A model generated the notes under the pieces. The model did not search any database, was not told the origin of the DNA, and was given only the letters and a program-made list of their open reading frames with translations. This document shows positions 47,901-59,861 of a stretch of DNA of 64,000 nucleotides, piece after piece. Numbering within the stretch: position 1 is the first letter of the stretch; every line of letters begins with the position of its first letter. The position numbers were made by a program, and so were the translations under genes. Source of the DNA: Lytechinus pictus (Eukaryota); contig NC_087251.1 of assembly GCF_037042905.1 (NCBI RefSeq), forward strand, positions 1,798,001-1,862,000. Reading direction: 5' to 3'.

Positions 47901-50537
47901 TTCTTCTTGGCGGAACCTGCACAGTACTCCAACTAAGCCATTAGTCAAGTCTGGTCCTTGTAGGAGGTTGTCATTGAGTGAGATTCCTTCACACTTTGCT
48001 GAGCAATCAAAGACCACACGTATTTTCCCTGGCTTTTTGGGATGATAGACACCAGTATGGGGTACATAGTTTACCTTTCCTTGTTTGTAGCTAGAGGGAG
48101 CCCTTTCAGCACATGTTTCAAGCACATCTTTCATGAATTCTATGTAGTCTTCCATAAACTTTGGGTTCCTTCTAAACCTGGCATTTAGTTGTTTCCATCG
48201 GTTCTCTGCTACTTTGCGATCGTATGGTAGCGATGTGTTAGGCGTCTTGAGAGGGAGGGGCATCTCATAATGTCCGTCTGGTCGTTTCCTTATTCCTTTC
48301 TCCATGATTCGCAGGAACTTCTTGTCCTCCATTGAGATAGACTGCCCTCCCATGTTTTCATCAGCAAAGTCCTTCTCGAGAATCGCAATGACTTTCTGCG
48401 GGCAGAGGATTTCTTTCGCTGTTGACGGGACTGCAAACTTCACGCTCTCACAACTTGTAGCTTTGTTCCAAACAACAGCACCTGAACTTTCAGATGTCAG
48501 GCAGACTTTTCCAATAATTCCCCAACCTAGGAGAGATTTTTGAGCATAGGGATCATCCTCCCCTCCAGTGATTACTTGTCGAGGCCGGATAGCTCTTGGG
48601 TAATCGTTTCCGATCAAGAGTGACACATCAATGTTTCTATCATAGGGTATCATTTCATCCGCAACTTGACGAAGATGAGGCTAGTGATTTACCACCTCCT
48701 TCTTGGGTATTTGTGACCTGCTGGCTGGTATTTCCTGTCTTGCAAAGGCCACTGGTAGTTGAATTACATGCTCCTTATTATAGTCTTGTATCTCCAGACC
48801 CTTGATTTTCTTACTTTCGATGTTAGAACTTCCATGCATTGTTGTCAGCTGCAGATTTGTTGAAGCTCCCTTTACGCCGAGTTTGTCACGCAGTTTCTCT
48901 GACATGAAGCTTACATTTGACTGATCATCAAGCACTGCATACACAAGGCACTCTTTACTTGGATTTTCTTGATGTCTCACCCAGACTGGTACAATCATAC
49001 TATGATCTCTGCCGTTTTGATCCTGGATTGAGCATACTGTAGTACAGTTGACAAAACCTGCATGCTCAGTCTTCTTGGTAGCATAGTGTAGACAGGACAG
49101 ATGGCTACCGCCACATTCCTTGCACGATCGTCGATCTTGGCACTCCTTGATACGATGACTATCTGTCCTCCCACATCCCATGCACAGTCTCCGCTTGAAG
49201 AATGCCTTCCGGTCATACATAGGCTTGGTGACGAAATCATCACATTCATCTAGGGTATGGTCTTCCTTACACCAAGGACATTTTGCATAGCTTCCATTTT
49301 TCGACCATTCCGATTTTACCCTCCTTCCATCTGTAGCGAAGGTTCTTGCTTTAGGACCCAATGCTCCAAGACTTCTCGAGGTTTCTCTGAGGCCTGCAAG
49401 TTCAGGGATGTTGGCCTTGTTAGCTGCCCTTCTCACAAACTCTTCGAACTTTGAGAATGATGGATATTCTTGTTGGTCGATGTTTTCTCTTTGACGGTCA
49501 ATCTCATCTCTCCATCTTCCTTCGAGATATACAGGCAATTTCTCTAGAAGTTTGGCATTCTCCTGTGGATAATCTAAGATTCCAGGAGATTTTACTGATT
49601 GCTTTGCTGCCTTTACTTTTCCTAGGAAATCTGCGAACTCCATCAAACCGTTGCAATCCTTTGGTCCTATCTTTGGCCAGGCGGCAAGTTTATTCATGTA
49701 GGCTGTGCTAACGATGCTTGGATTTCCATATCTCTCACTTATGACACTCATCACTCTTTCATAGCCATCTTCACTTCCTATCAGCATGAAATGCTGGACG
49801 ACATCCTTTGGTTTTCCTGTTACATAATTATTCAGGTACATCAACTTGGTGGTAGATCCCATTGGCTTGCTATCTATCATACTTATGAATGCATGCTTCC
49901 ACATTGGGTAGGTCATGGGGTCTCCATTAAAGATGGGAATGTCTATCTTAGGTAGCTGAAGAGATGCCAACATTTCCTGATTAGCGGCACATTGTTGGAG
50001 ACTTACGTTGCCGAGCTGAGTAACACATCTTTCCAGTGATTTGGCAATATGCTCCCATCCTGACTGTTGGGTAGAAGGTACTTGGAAATTCTGCGGCGAC
50101 TGCCCCGCTACAAGATTTGGAGGAGGCGTTACATCTGCCTCGCATGACTTCAGAAATCTTTCCATATCAGCTTCTTTATTGATATCAAGTCCTTCCAATA
50201 GGGATGATTTCTCTAATCCATTCTCCTTTCCAAATTCTTCCAGCACTTCTAACTTAGCTTCGTTTTCTGCGAGTTCTATCTCGCAGACTAATGCATCTTG
50301 CATCTCTTCGTATGCTTCTTGTGCCATCTTGGCTTTTCTTTCCATTTCCTTTACTTTCTTTTCCTTTTCTTTGAAAGACAATTTTGCTTGCATGGCGGCG
50401 GCCTTCTTTTTTAACTCCAACATTTCCAGCTCTACAGAGACCGCTAGACTTACTCCGGTCCTCGTGGAACTGCACTTTGACTTGAGAGATCCGCATTCTT
50501 CCTTATCACGCTTATCTTTTCTCTCCATCATGTCCAT
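44940..50537 (-). pseudogene. BEL/Pao gag-pol, single frame with two premature stops
   Basis: The three track ORFs share one frame, with stops at 48681-3 (NH*PHL) and 46689-91 (SR*MVGP). It contains three Cys/His knuckles, protease LDDQS, RT YVDD, RNase H FSDAS/PRLEL/WTDS, and integrase H..H..C..C with VDYFGP/SDRG/WER. Confidence 0.93.
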
Positions 50538-50586
50538 TGTCAGCTTTTTGAATGTTATTCAGCTTGATGCTTAATTTGAATGTTAT

Positions 50587-51129
50587 TGTGGCTGTGTCTA
50601 TAAAAGAGGAGTTTCCAATAATATACGACGAATGACAGGACAAGTTTCATACGATTTAAAGAACTCTTTAATATAGATGATTGTCGATTAATGATCGTAG
50701 AAATATTTTGTAGATTTAGCGTTGCAGATAACATTCTGAAAATTATAAAACAGATATACAAGAATCATAAATACACAGACATATTATTTTCTCGTTTACA
50801 CATTAGATTCATATTTACATAAAAACAACATTCATTCATCATTATTCTCATAATAAATATTTGGTAAATAACAGAGTGCAATTAATAATCAAATAAAAGT
50901 AATCAAACTTACCACATATGGCTTTCTGTTTCTTTCTGTATACTGGACTGGACACAGTTCTTTTCCTTCGTAATACTTAAACAATGACAATTATTTATAA
51001 TACGCGCGCAACTATTATGATTATTATTATTATTATGCGCAAATATACATGGCAACCATGACGCAGCAATCAAGATTAAAATTACACTAATTACATCACA
51101 ATTAATGCGCGCAATGCGTCGCAGTAACA
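50587..51129 (-). repeat. 5' LTR
   Basis: Direct repeat of 43680-44228. Confidence 0.95.
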
Positions 51130-52578
51130 ATATATATATATATATATAACTCTTTGATTTATATATATATATATATACATATATATAACATTCTGCAAGT
51201 TCTGCAAGCAATTTGACAAATTGCATTTTAGCGACAACAGACCTTTTAGTAAAGATGGATTGGGTTTTAACAACATGCCATATCCAGGATGGAGTTTTAC
51301 AAGCCGTTTATTTTTATAAATAGTATGATCTTTATGAATAACTAGATGTGACGTGCTATATAATTGAGTCAAGAGTATAGTATGGCATAAATTAATTTAC
51401 GCCTGTATCGTCTTTCAACTAGTTATATTCAAATAACGGCAAAATATGGTCCTTACCCTGGTGATGTGTTTCACCTGTTACAATAAATTGTTATTTTATC
51501 GGCATCTGCTATAAGTGAGACGTCTGCATTTGCCTTGTCATGTTTGTAGAGTTTCATGTAACATTGCGAACAGCCATTTGCTGCTAATATTGCTATATTC
51601 AAATAGGATTTTTTTCTTCAATTCCTTGAAAGTTCTCGGTTTTCGGTACATTAGATCAATTTTCTAATAGAATTATTCATGCCAGCTATAACAGACTCTG
51701 TCAGATACCTGATGTAATTACATAATTGCTATATTCATCATTTTGAACCTTTTAAAAACACTTTGTTTAAAAGTGTTCAACTAGCAGCCGCATCCCCTCA
51801 ATGGATTTTACATATTTGATCTTGATCATGATTATACAAGTGATCAAACTATCAAATAAAGATTCCCAAAAGCTTGGTGAAGGTAAATGGAGATTCAGTT
51901 GTGACATTCTAGACAATGAGCCGAATACATGAAAAGTAGCAGTTTCTTTTTCTAGCAATTTGGTAGCCTTTGCTTGAATTGGTATATACATGTATACGAA
52001 TAAGCAATTGCTGGTAACAGAAAGCTTATAACTCTTTGAGTTCGAACTAGTGTGACTAACAAATGTTTGCTCAGAGAAAGCAAACTAAATCATATGTTCA
52101 ATTTCCCATTCATTACCATTATATGCTTGTCGCCTGACCATTCACTCCTCTCGTGCAAGCACATGCCACTCCCCTCACTGGCCATCCGTTGCCTCGAGCT
52201 AGCATTTGCGTTTGGTTTAGCAGTCAAGCCGAGAAAAAAAATGAAAGGCAGCTTTATTGACTGCCATATGTGGATAGCTTACATCTTTCTTTATTGTAAC
52301 CAGACAATCTGGCAGGTATTCAGTTTCGTCTTGAAATGAGATATTTTTTTATTTCTAATAACTAATTTCATTCGTGCAACATTTCAGCTACGTTCTTCCT
52401 AAAATATGATTCCGAAAAGTAAAAAAATCAGATTGTGCAAAAGCTTGAGCTCGCATAAGATAGCTTGAAAAATCGTTAGTAAATGCAAGCGAAATCATCT
52501 TTTTGTGCATATCTTTAACGCTTGACTACTTGATAACTACCAAAACTGAGTTAAACATTGGAAATTGTTACTTGCATA

Positions 52579-52786
52579 CACTCTTAAAAATGTTGGGCAA
52601 CATGCTGTCCACACAACAACTGGTTAAAACTTTATCAAATTCCCGGGATCCAATTCTGGGTAGTTAAACCAGTAATGTGTGCTTTGGGTGAAAACTACAC
52701 GGTATTGGTTGAAAGCTACCCAGAGTTGGATAATTTTTTTAACCAATTGTTGTGTGGACAGTATGTTGCCCAACATTTTAAGAGTG
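52579..52786. mobile_element. MITE with ~50-bp TIRs
   Basis: TA-CACTCTTAAAAATGTTGGGCAACAT ... ATGTTGCCCAACATTTTAAGAGTG-TA. Confidence 0.8.
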
Positions 52787-53737
52787 TATGAGCCCATTTT
52801 CTGTGTAAGTTGATATCCCAGAATCAGAATTCTACTAATAAGTAACTTGAAAAAACTGACCAAAATAACTTTGGACAAACATGTAAATAGATTTTATTTC
52901 CTTGATTAGCTCGAATTGATCTGCCAAGGGTTTGGGGAATTTTTTATATTCATATAGAAGAAAATAAGTACAGGAGATAAAAGAAAAAAAATACATCATT
53001 AGTTACATATTTTGATAAAGTAATTTATTACAAGAAAGGAATACATCCTTAACAAACAAATAAATAATTGGACAACCTTTTCAAAAAACAATAACGTGCC
53101 TTTACTGTGTCACCTTTCATGTGTAACATTGAAATAACATTCACATACCTTTAGAAGAATACTTAAAACATTGTTTCTGACAAACTAAATGAACTTGATG
53201 TTCCTGCAATAAACAGATAATTCAGAATTGGTTTGCAATTACATGGAATGTCCTTTCTAAAGATAAATTGGTGGAAAAAAACGAGGAAAATTTATGAAAA
53301 TTTTAATAAAATCAGTTACAAAGCTTCAAAGTTATTGATTGAAATTTCCAGCTTGTAGCTGGCACAAATGTCATGTAATATCAATGTTAGACACTGCAAT
53401 TTCTTATTTGTTCATGACTGCTGTAAAATTGCTTCCAGGGGCAGCACTATAACAGTGTGGATGGCCTCTACACCTTTATGATTTCCTCAGTAATCGGGGG
53501 AAATATAGACTGAAAAAATATTTGTGTTGTGTATTTCTATATTAACCATATTATTCAATAAAATAATGACGTTTCCCGTTCCTTAGGTGCCCCTGCCCCC
53601 GCCCCCCCATCAAAAATGGCATACCATTTGTGAGATATATTATTCATACTTTAGTATAATAAATTAATCAAAGAATGAAGGTGTTTCCAACAAAGTGACT
53701 CATGCATAAATATATATATATATATACATATATACTG

Positions 53738-53778
<41 letters not shown>

Positions 53779-53800
53779 TGTATATACAGTATATATATAT

Positions 53801-54409
53801 AAAGTTGAGGCCAGAAGTTTACATACACCCAGGAAATTGAAAGGAAAGTTGACATTTGCCAAACATAAAATTTACTTTATCGTACAAAATATTTGCGCTA
53901 TGACAAATTTGATATCAAACAAATGAGTAAATCATGCCCCTTCATCACATTGCTTTGTCATCATGAGCTGAAAAATATTTAGGTGTCATTTTTTCCCAAA
54001 AAAATCTTCATATTTTGGACGAATTAAAAATAAAAACTTGACGAAAACATTTCATATTTGTGCTAGTTACTTCTCAACACAAACATTTCAGATACACTTT
54101 TTTGTTCAGTGGTGACTTATCATGATAGAAAATGTAATATAAATCAGAGATTTGACATTTAAATATTTATATGAAACGATGTTTGAAAATATAATAACCA
54201 TACATTTGGCATGAATATTACTTTTTTTCTTCAAAGAAAATTCCACCTGAAATATACTTTAATCCCAACGGCGTACCAATCATGTGAAAGAGCTTAATTT
54301 GCTCTTTCATTTGATACCAAATTCGCCAAGGTAATATTTCTATTTATGTGGCAAGCGAACAAATTTCACTGAATTCCATTGGGTGTTTGTAAACTTTTGC
54401 CTCAACTTT
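53801..54409. mobile_element. Tc1-type non-autonomous element next to a (TA)n tract
   Basis: AAAGTTGAGGCCAGAAGTTTACATACACCC ... GGGTGTTTGTAAACTTTTGCCTCAACTTT TIRs. Confidence 0.75.
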
Positions 54410-55303
54410 ATATATTTTTTAGAGACATCAAATATCTAATTTCAAAACGAATGCTGACATGACATTTTGATTGATGACAATGGTAGAAGACACAACAATG
54501 ATAATAATACTCAGTTCTTGTATAACACATACCTTAAAACATTGCTATGTGCTTCAACACGGACATGGATATTATTTATTGTCCAGGCAATAAATAATAT
54601 GCTGAGAAGAATGACCATCTCACACTGTGATAATAAAACGTACCTCTCATCAAGTTTATTTACATATTTACATAATAAATGAAGGATGAAATGGCTGTAA
54701 TATATTACAGACAAAACTGTCAAGATCTCATATTTTCAATTAAAGATTTTGTAAAAAATCGGACACAGAAGGCCTTAACATAACCAGTTAAACTATTTTT
54801 TCCTAGATGACATATATGTAACACCTTGGCTGAAATTCCCCCATAAACCAAAATATAAACTATTCATTTTTTCTTACACTTGAAATTGGACAAACAAATT
54901 GCTAGTTTAATACACACAAATAAAGTGTTAAACGGTAAAATCTTTTATTCCTTTCAAAGTACAATGAAAGGTTTAGAATTGAATGACCACAGCATAAATT
55001 TGTATACATGTGGTAAATATAAATGCTTTGATTTTTGGCTGCCTCAGGGAACTAATTTTTCATGGATTTCCATAGCTCTTCAACTCCAAATTTCTAAAGT
55101 CATTTCTATCCTCCCCCTGACATCAAGTCATTTGTAAAGATAAAAACTCTGTCAAATACATGTACATGAAATAACATTGCTTAACATGTATCAGTAAGAG
55201 CTCTACTGCGGTAAAAGGTTGAATTTAAACATGCAGAAAAGTTGCTCAGTTTTGGGGCTTCCTTACTTATTTTTAAAGAGTCAACTCAAGACAAGAATCT
55301 GAC

Positions 55304-55467
55304 TCAAAGCATGAAAGGAAGATCCTTGTTCTGTTCTCCTGTACCACTGTAGATATAACCAAACTTTGTTGAGCTTGGCACATGATAGAAACTCAACCCA
55401 GGCCAAAGAAGACTGCGTATGATTACCAGTCCACTCCCACGTGCAAAGTCCAAGGACCAGGAACCGC
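55304..55467 (-). CDS. RSPH9: RSPH9 last exon
   Basis: ttctag|GC acceptor; GSWSLDFARGSGLVIIRSLLWPGLSFYH...GYIYSGTGEQNKDLPFML-stop, the hallmark RSPH9 C-terminus. Confidence 0.93.
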
Positions 55468-55867
55468 CTAGAACGGTAATAATAAAAAACATTTCTAATA
55501 TAAGCAATTGCACTAACTTAAGTGTTATGCAGTTAAAGCAGCTTTTGCAACTACATGTATATAAAGACCGCAATGTCAGATTCAATCTTGAATTGTATTC
55601 CTTTTCAATAAAAGTGACCTGCCAGTAATCTAACACCCCTTTTCCTTTCTCCCTTGGCAGTTTATATCAAGCAACCATGTTGAGTGAAATAAATTCACAA
55701 ATCATTGGATTAAAAGAAACTTCTTAACAAACATAAAAATATGCCATATTAAGCATGTTTGATCTCGGGGAAAAAATGGCAGAATATTTTACCCAATACG
55801 ATTTTAATGTTGGGATGAACCACATACTGAAGTCTATTCCCGCAAACTGAGAAGTAAAATAACTTAC

Positions 55868-56014
55868 CTCTTGGAATGTCTTCATGGATAGCATCTAGAA
55901 AGTCTATTGATTTATCAAGGTCAGCTTTCTCTAACAGAGTCTTCTCATTCAATCGCACTGCCTCTCGGAAGTGGAAGTAGTTGTGAAGCTTCCCCGCCTC
56001 AGTGACAGAGAGTC
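55868..56014 (-). CDS. RSPH9: RSPH9 exon 4
   Basis: ggtcag|GA acceptor and G|gtaag donor. Encodes LSVTEAGKLHNYFHFRE...KADLDKSIDFLDAIHEDIPR. Confidence 0.92.
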
Positions 56015-56483
56015 CTGACCATTATACATAAAATAAAACAAAATACTGGTAATCTCCATACTGAACAAAAACGGTGGAAACTATGTAAGCATGCTCTCTA
56101 TTGTTCTAAATATCCTTGTTGAACAAAAATCATTGACATAAATACAAAGTGTTGTACTACTGGCATGCTGCAGTCATAATTACCCCCAAATCCATAAAAG
56201 TCCCTGTGATAAGTTTGCTTTCAGACTGAACTTTCATTGACCTTCCACCTTTTTAATGAGTTCAAGTCTAAACCTTTTTTTAACTTTCCCTGCGAATTAA
56301 AATTCTACATGCATATCCCCTAACTGTTGAGCAATGGGGGAAACATTAAAACAAAGTAAGACTAGATGGATGGGTGATTGACTGTACAAATTCATGTCTT
56401 CATCATTCAAAAGAATAAATACATGAGATTTGAGCTACCTTGACAAAACAAACAAAACATTTTTATCAAAATAAACTCAGAAG

Positions 56484-57286
56484 GGAGTGTATCATAATCC
56501 AAGGCAAAAGCGATTTTGTGTCTCGCCCACTTATGAAAATAACAAGAAATATCGTGATTTGCGAGGGCACGCAACAGAATTGTATCGAAACTTCATTGTG
56601 AAATGACTGGGATGGAATAACACTGAAAATGACCGTTGACCTTACCATGTGACCTCCGACTGCAGCATAACATGCAGGTCGCCTAAGTACATCTACCATC
56701 CAAGTTTTGTTAAAAAGTGACTGACGGTTGCGGAGTTAGGTGTCATAAGAGAGTCTTGCATGTTAACTTTAACGTTGACCTGAAAATGACCTTTGACCTA
56801 ACCATATGACCTCCGACTGCAGCATAACATGCGGGTCCCCCAAGTCCATCTACCATCAAAGTTTGGTTGAAAAGTGACTTACGGTTGCCGAGTTAGGTGC
56901 CATTAGAGTCTTGCATGTAAACTTTAACGTTGACCTGAAAATGACCTTTGACCTAACCATGTTACCTCCGAATGCAGCATAAGATGCAGGTCCCCCAAGT
57001 CCATCTACCATCCAAGTTTGGTTGAAAAGTGACTTACGGTTGCGGAGTTAGGTGTCATAAGAGAGTCTTGCATGTAAACTTTAACGTTGACCTGAAAATG
57101 ACCTTTGACCTTACCATGTGACCTCCGACTGCAGCATAATATGCAGGTCCCCAAAGTCCATCTACCATCCAAGTTTGGTTGAAAAGTGACTTACTGTTGT
57201 GGAGTTATGTGTCATTAGGTTTGTGACGGACGGACGACATTTGGATCCCTAAGTCTCGCCTTCACCTCTGGTGGGCGAGACAAAAA
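56484..57286 (+). mobile_element. Helentron/DINE-like non-autonomous element with ~158-bp internal tandem repeats
   Basis: TGTCTCGCCCAC at ~56518 pairs with GTGGGCGAGACA at the right end, where GTCTCGCC...GGCGAGAC also forms a hairpin. About four tandem units lie at ~56625-57215. Confidence 0.6.
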
Positions 57287-57402
57287 TTCAGAGATAATAA
57301 AAAAAAGATTACTTTTCCACCAGCTTCAGTTATGAAATCATAAACTGGTTTTCTTTATTCAAAGACAAATTTTATTAAAAATATATACTACCCAGTACCC
57401 AC

Positions 57403-57532
57403 CTTCAAAGCTACGATTTTTACAAACAAGGTTATTAGGGTTCCTTGCGTAGGCTCCCCGTGGAACGATGGCTACCTCCTCATCAATCTTTGCGATCATT
57501 GCTGCAAGACGATCTTCTTCCTTGATCATTAT
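57403..57532 (-). CDS. RSPH9: RSPH9 exon 3
   Basis: gtaaag|ATA acceptor and G|gtggg donor. Encodes IMIKEEDRLAAMIAKIDEEVAIVPRGA...NRSFE(G). Confidence 0.92.
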
Positions 57533-57857
57533 CTTTACAAGAAAAAAAAAATATACATATACTAGTAGTTTTGAATTCACCCAAACTCACATTTGTTTAG
57601 ATTATACCAAGATGTATTGCTAATTCGGTAATCCAAAATATATTGTCTGATCCCCCCCCCCAAAAAAAAAATATATATATATTTATATACATGTACAGTT
57701 TGCTTTACAACAATTATAATAGTATAGCATACATGTATTTCAACCCTATTTTGGGGATTTATATCTTGCTTGTAATATTTAGGTTATTCTTAAAAGTCAT
57801 TAAACTTTATGGACAGCTTTATGAAATAGCACACTAGTATGGTTTGTGTTCTCTTAC

Positions 57858-58023
57858 CGTATTTTCTTCCTCTGTAGCATCTTCCCCTTCTCCTAACTTC
57901 TGAATTTCTATGTGTTCATACTCGTGTGATGGATCTCCAATGAAGCGGCCTTTTACCACTGAACACTGGTCCCGAATTGCTTGAGTAGCTTGTGGTAGAA
58001 GGCCCCATGTAACACAGTCAAGA
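57858..58023 (-). CDS. RSPH9: RSPH9 exon 2 (exon 1 not found in the window)
   Basis: caacag|T acceptor and ACG|gtaag donor. Encodes LDCVTWGLLP...KGRFIGDPSHEY; phases are consistent across the four exons. Confidence 0.92.
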
Positions 58024-59861
58024 CTGTTGGACAATGCAAACAATAAATGGGAATATTAACATATGATCTTGAGTCTTCTTCACAGCACCAACCTTACAAA
58101 ATGATTTTCTGCAAAGTATGTATCCTTTAAATCTATTATTTCTCACTCCAAGATCTGACATGAAGTGTCATGTATACAGGTGTACTTTGAATGGCCCTAC
58201 AAAACCTAGACAGAAGTCTTCTCACTGCTGTGTCTCTAGATTGTGTGCCAAGAATAATGACCATACTTATTAATTTTTTTGTAGTGTAAAGTTACAATGT
58301 TTGATATCAAAATAAAGTTTTAAATACATTTGTTCAAATTCATACCATTTTATTGAAAGTTGGGGGTGATAATTGTTTTCAGATTGAGGGGGTGGCATGT
58401 TAATGTAGATATCAGCTCACATAGTCTGAGAGCTTTTGAATTTGAGACCAAAGCTCAATGTAGAATAACCTGCCCAATATTTAACATGTGCATCTTTTCT
58501 GACATATCGATTTTTTTAAAATTTTGATCGTAAATAATTATTTAACAAATTCACGATCAAGATTTAAATTTCATCATTCATTAAATAATATTTCTAATCT
58601 ACACTGTATAAATCGTTCTTCAATACGGCAGTTCGTAACATCACTCATCGAAGCTACGTCAAGCCTATTGTATATATGCAGTGTTTACAAATGGATACAC
58701 GAGATCGGTCTTGTAAGAAACCTCTCATTTTTCTGATTTTGGGGGCGAAAGGGTTTTATACGCATTCAATGAACAAGGTTATGATATAACCTTGTTCTCA
58801 GTTAGTACTCCATATGTGGCAAAATAAGGTTGGCAATGTTATTTTCTCTTTTTTCTTTGGGACAAATGCTTGATTGTTTGACACTGTCAGATTCCATTAC
58901 AGCTTATCATCACATAACTTGGCTCTTAAGTAAATTTGATTCTTTTAATTATTTTTTGCAAATTAAAAAGGTTGAAAATGAAAATTTTCTTGCCATATTA
59001 CTTTCCACCAATAGAGGGCGCACACAAAAATATGCTCAAAATTAATGTTTTTGAGCGTTCTATTGAATACAAAAATTATTCCCAAGTTACTAATGAAAAA
59101 TAAATTGCAACTGCATAGAAATTAGTATTTTTGGTCACAAAAGTGATATTTTAATGATTTTTTAATATGTGTGCTGGGGCCTGTTGCATGACGAGATGAG
59201 CAATACGTAGAAACGAGATAGGAAGATTGGCGACAAATCAGCGCTTTCCGTTTACTTCCAAGTCCGCGACATTGTTTGATATAGATAGTATCGGAAAAAT
59301 ATTTAGTCTTCACCGTCACCTGAACCTTTTATTTCCGAATGACAACTTTTCATAAAATCATATATTTCAATAAAAGGAAATTAAATAATGTTTTACTTAT
59401 TACTGATCGTAGAATTGATGTATGGAGCTTACTTTATGAGGTAAAAAGAGAAAAAAAATTAAAGATTCACAAAAATAACTGAATAAAATCGAAATTTTCA
59501 TTATTTACCTTATTTAGAACACCGTGTCCTTTTAGAGACACCGTTCATTGATATTTCAACGAAAGAGACCCTTGTCCGACATAAAAATTGATTTAACTAA
59601 GTAATTTCGACATTATTAGTTCAATATTCTGTATTTTTATAGAATACTTATATCTAATGATAATTTTGCAAATTATGCGTTAATATGTTATTTGTTGAGG
59701 TAAAAATAGGGTTTGAATGGAGTAAACAAAATCAGCAGCGTCTGATTGTATGAGACTAAAAAGGAAAATATGAGAGGCTGCGTGTGAAAAATCTAATTTA
59801 TTTTATTTGTCAGATATAATGCAAGAAATACAAATGTGAGTGTTTAGAGTATAAACATACC

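Larger units (their letters stand above)
43680..51129 (-). mobile_element. Full-length BEL/Pao LTR retrotransposon inserted in a (TA)n tract
   Basis: TG...CA LTRs at 43680-44228 and 50587-51129 with only a few differences; gag-PR-RT-RH-IN domain order; (AT)n flanks on both sides. Confidence 0.96.

Noticed and set aside
46689-48683. APOBEC-type G-to-A hypermutation or programmed readthrough in the BEL element
   Set aside because: Both stops are at expected Trp codons and YVDDR looks like GGA>AGA. However, Trp codons are the easiest route to stops and other apparent substitutions are of mixed type. A family consensus would be needed to test this.
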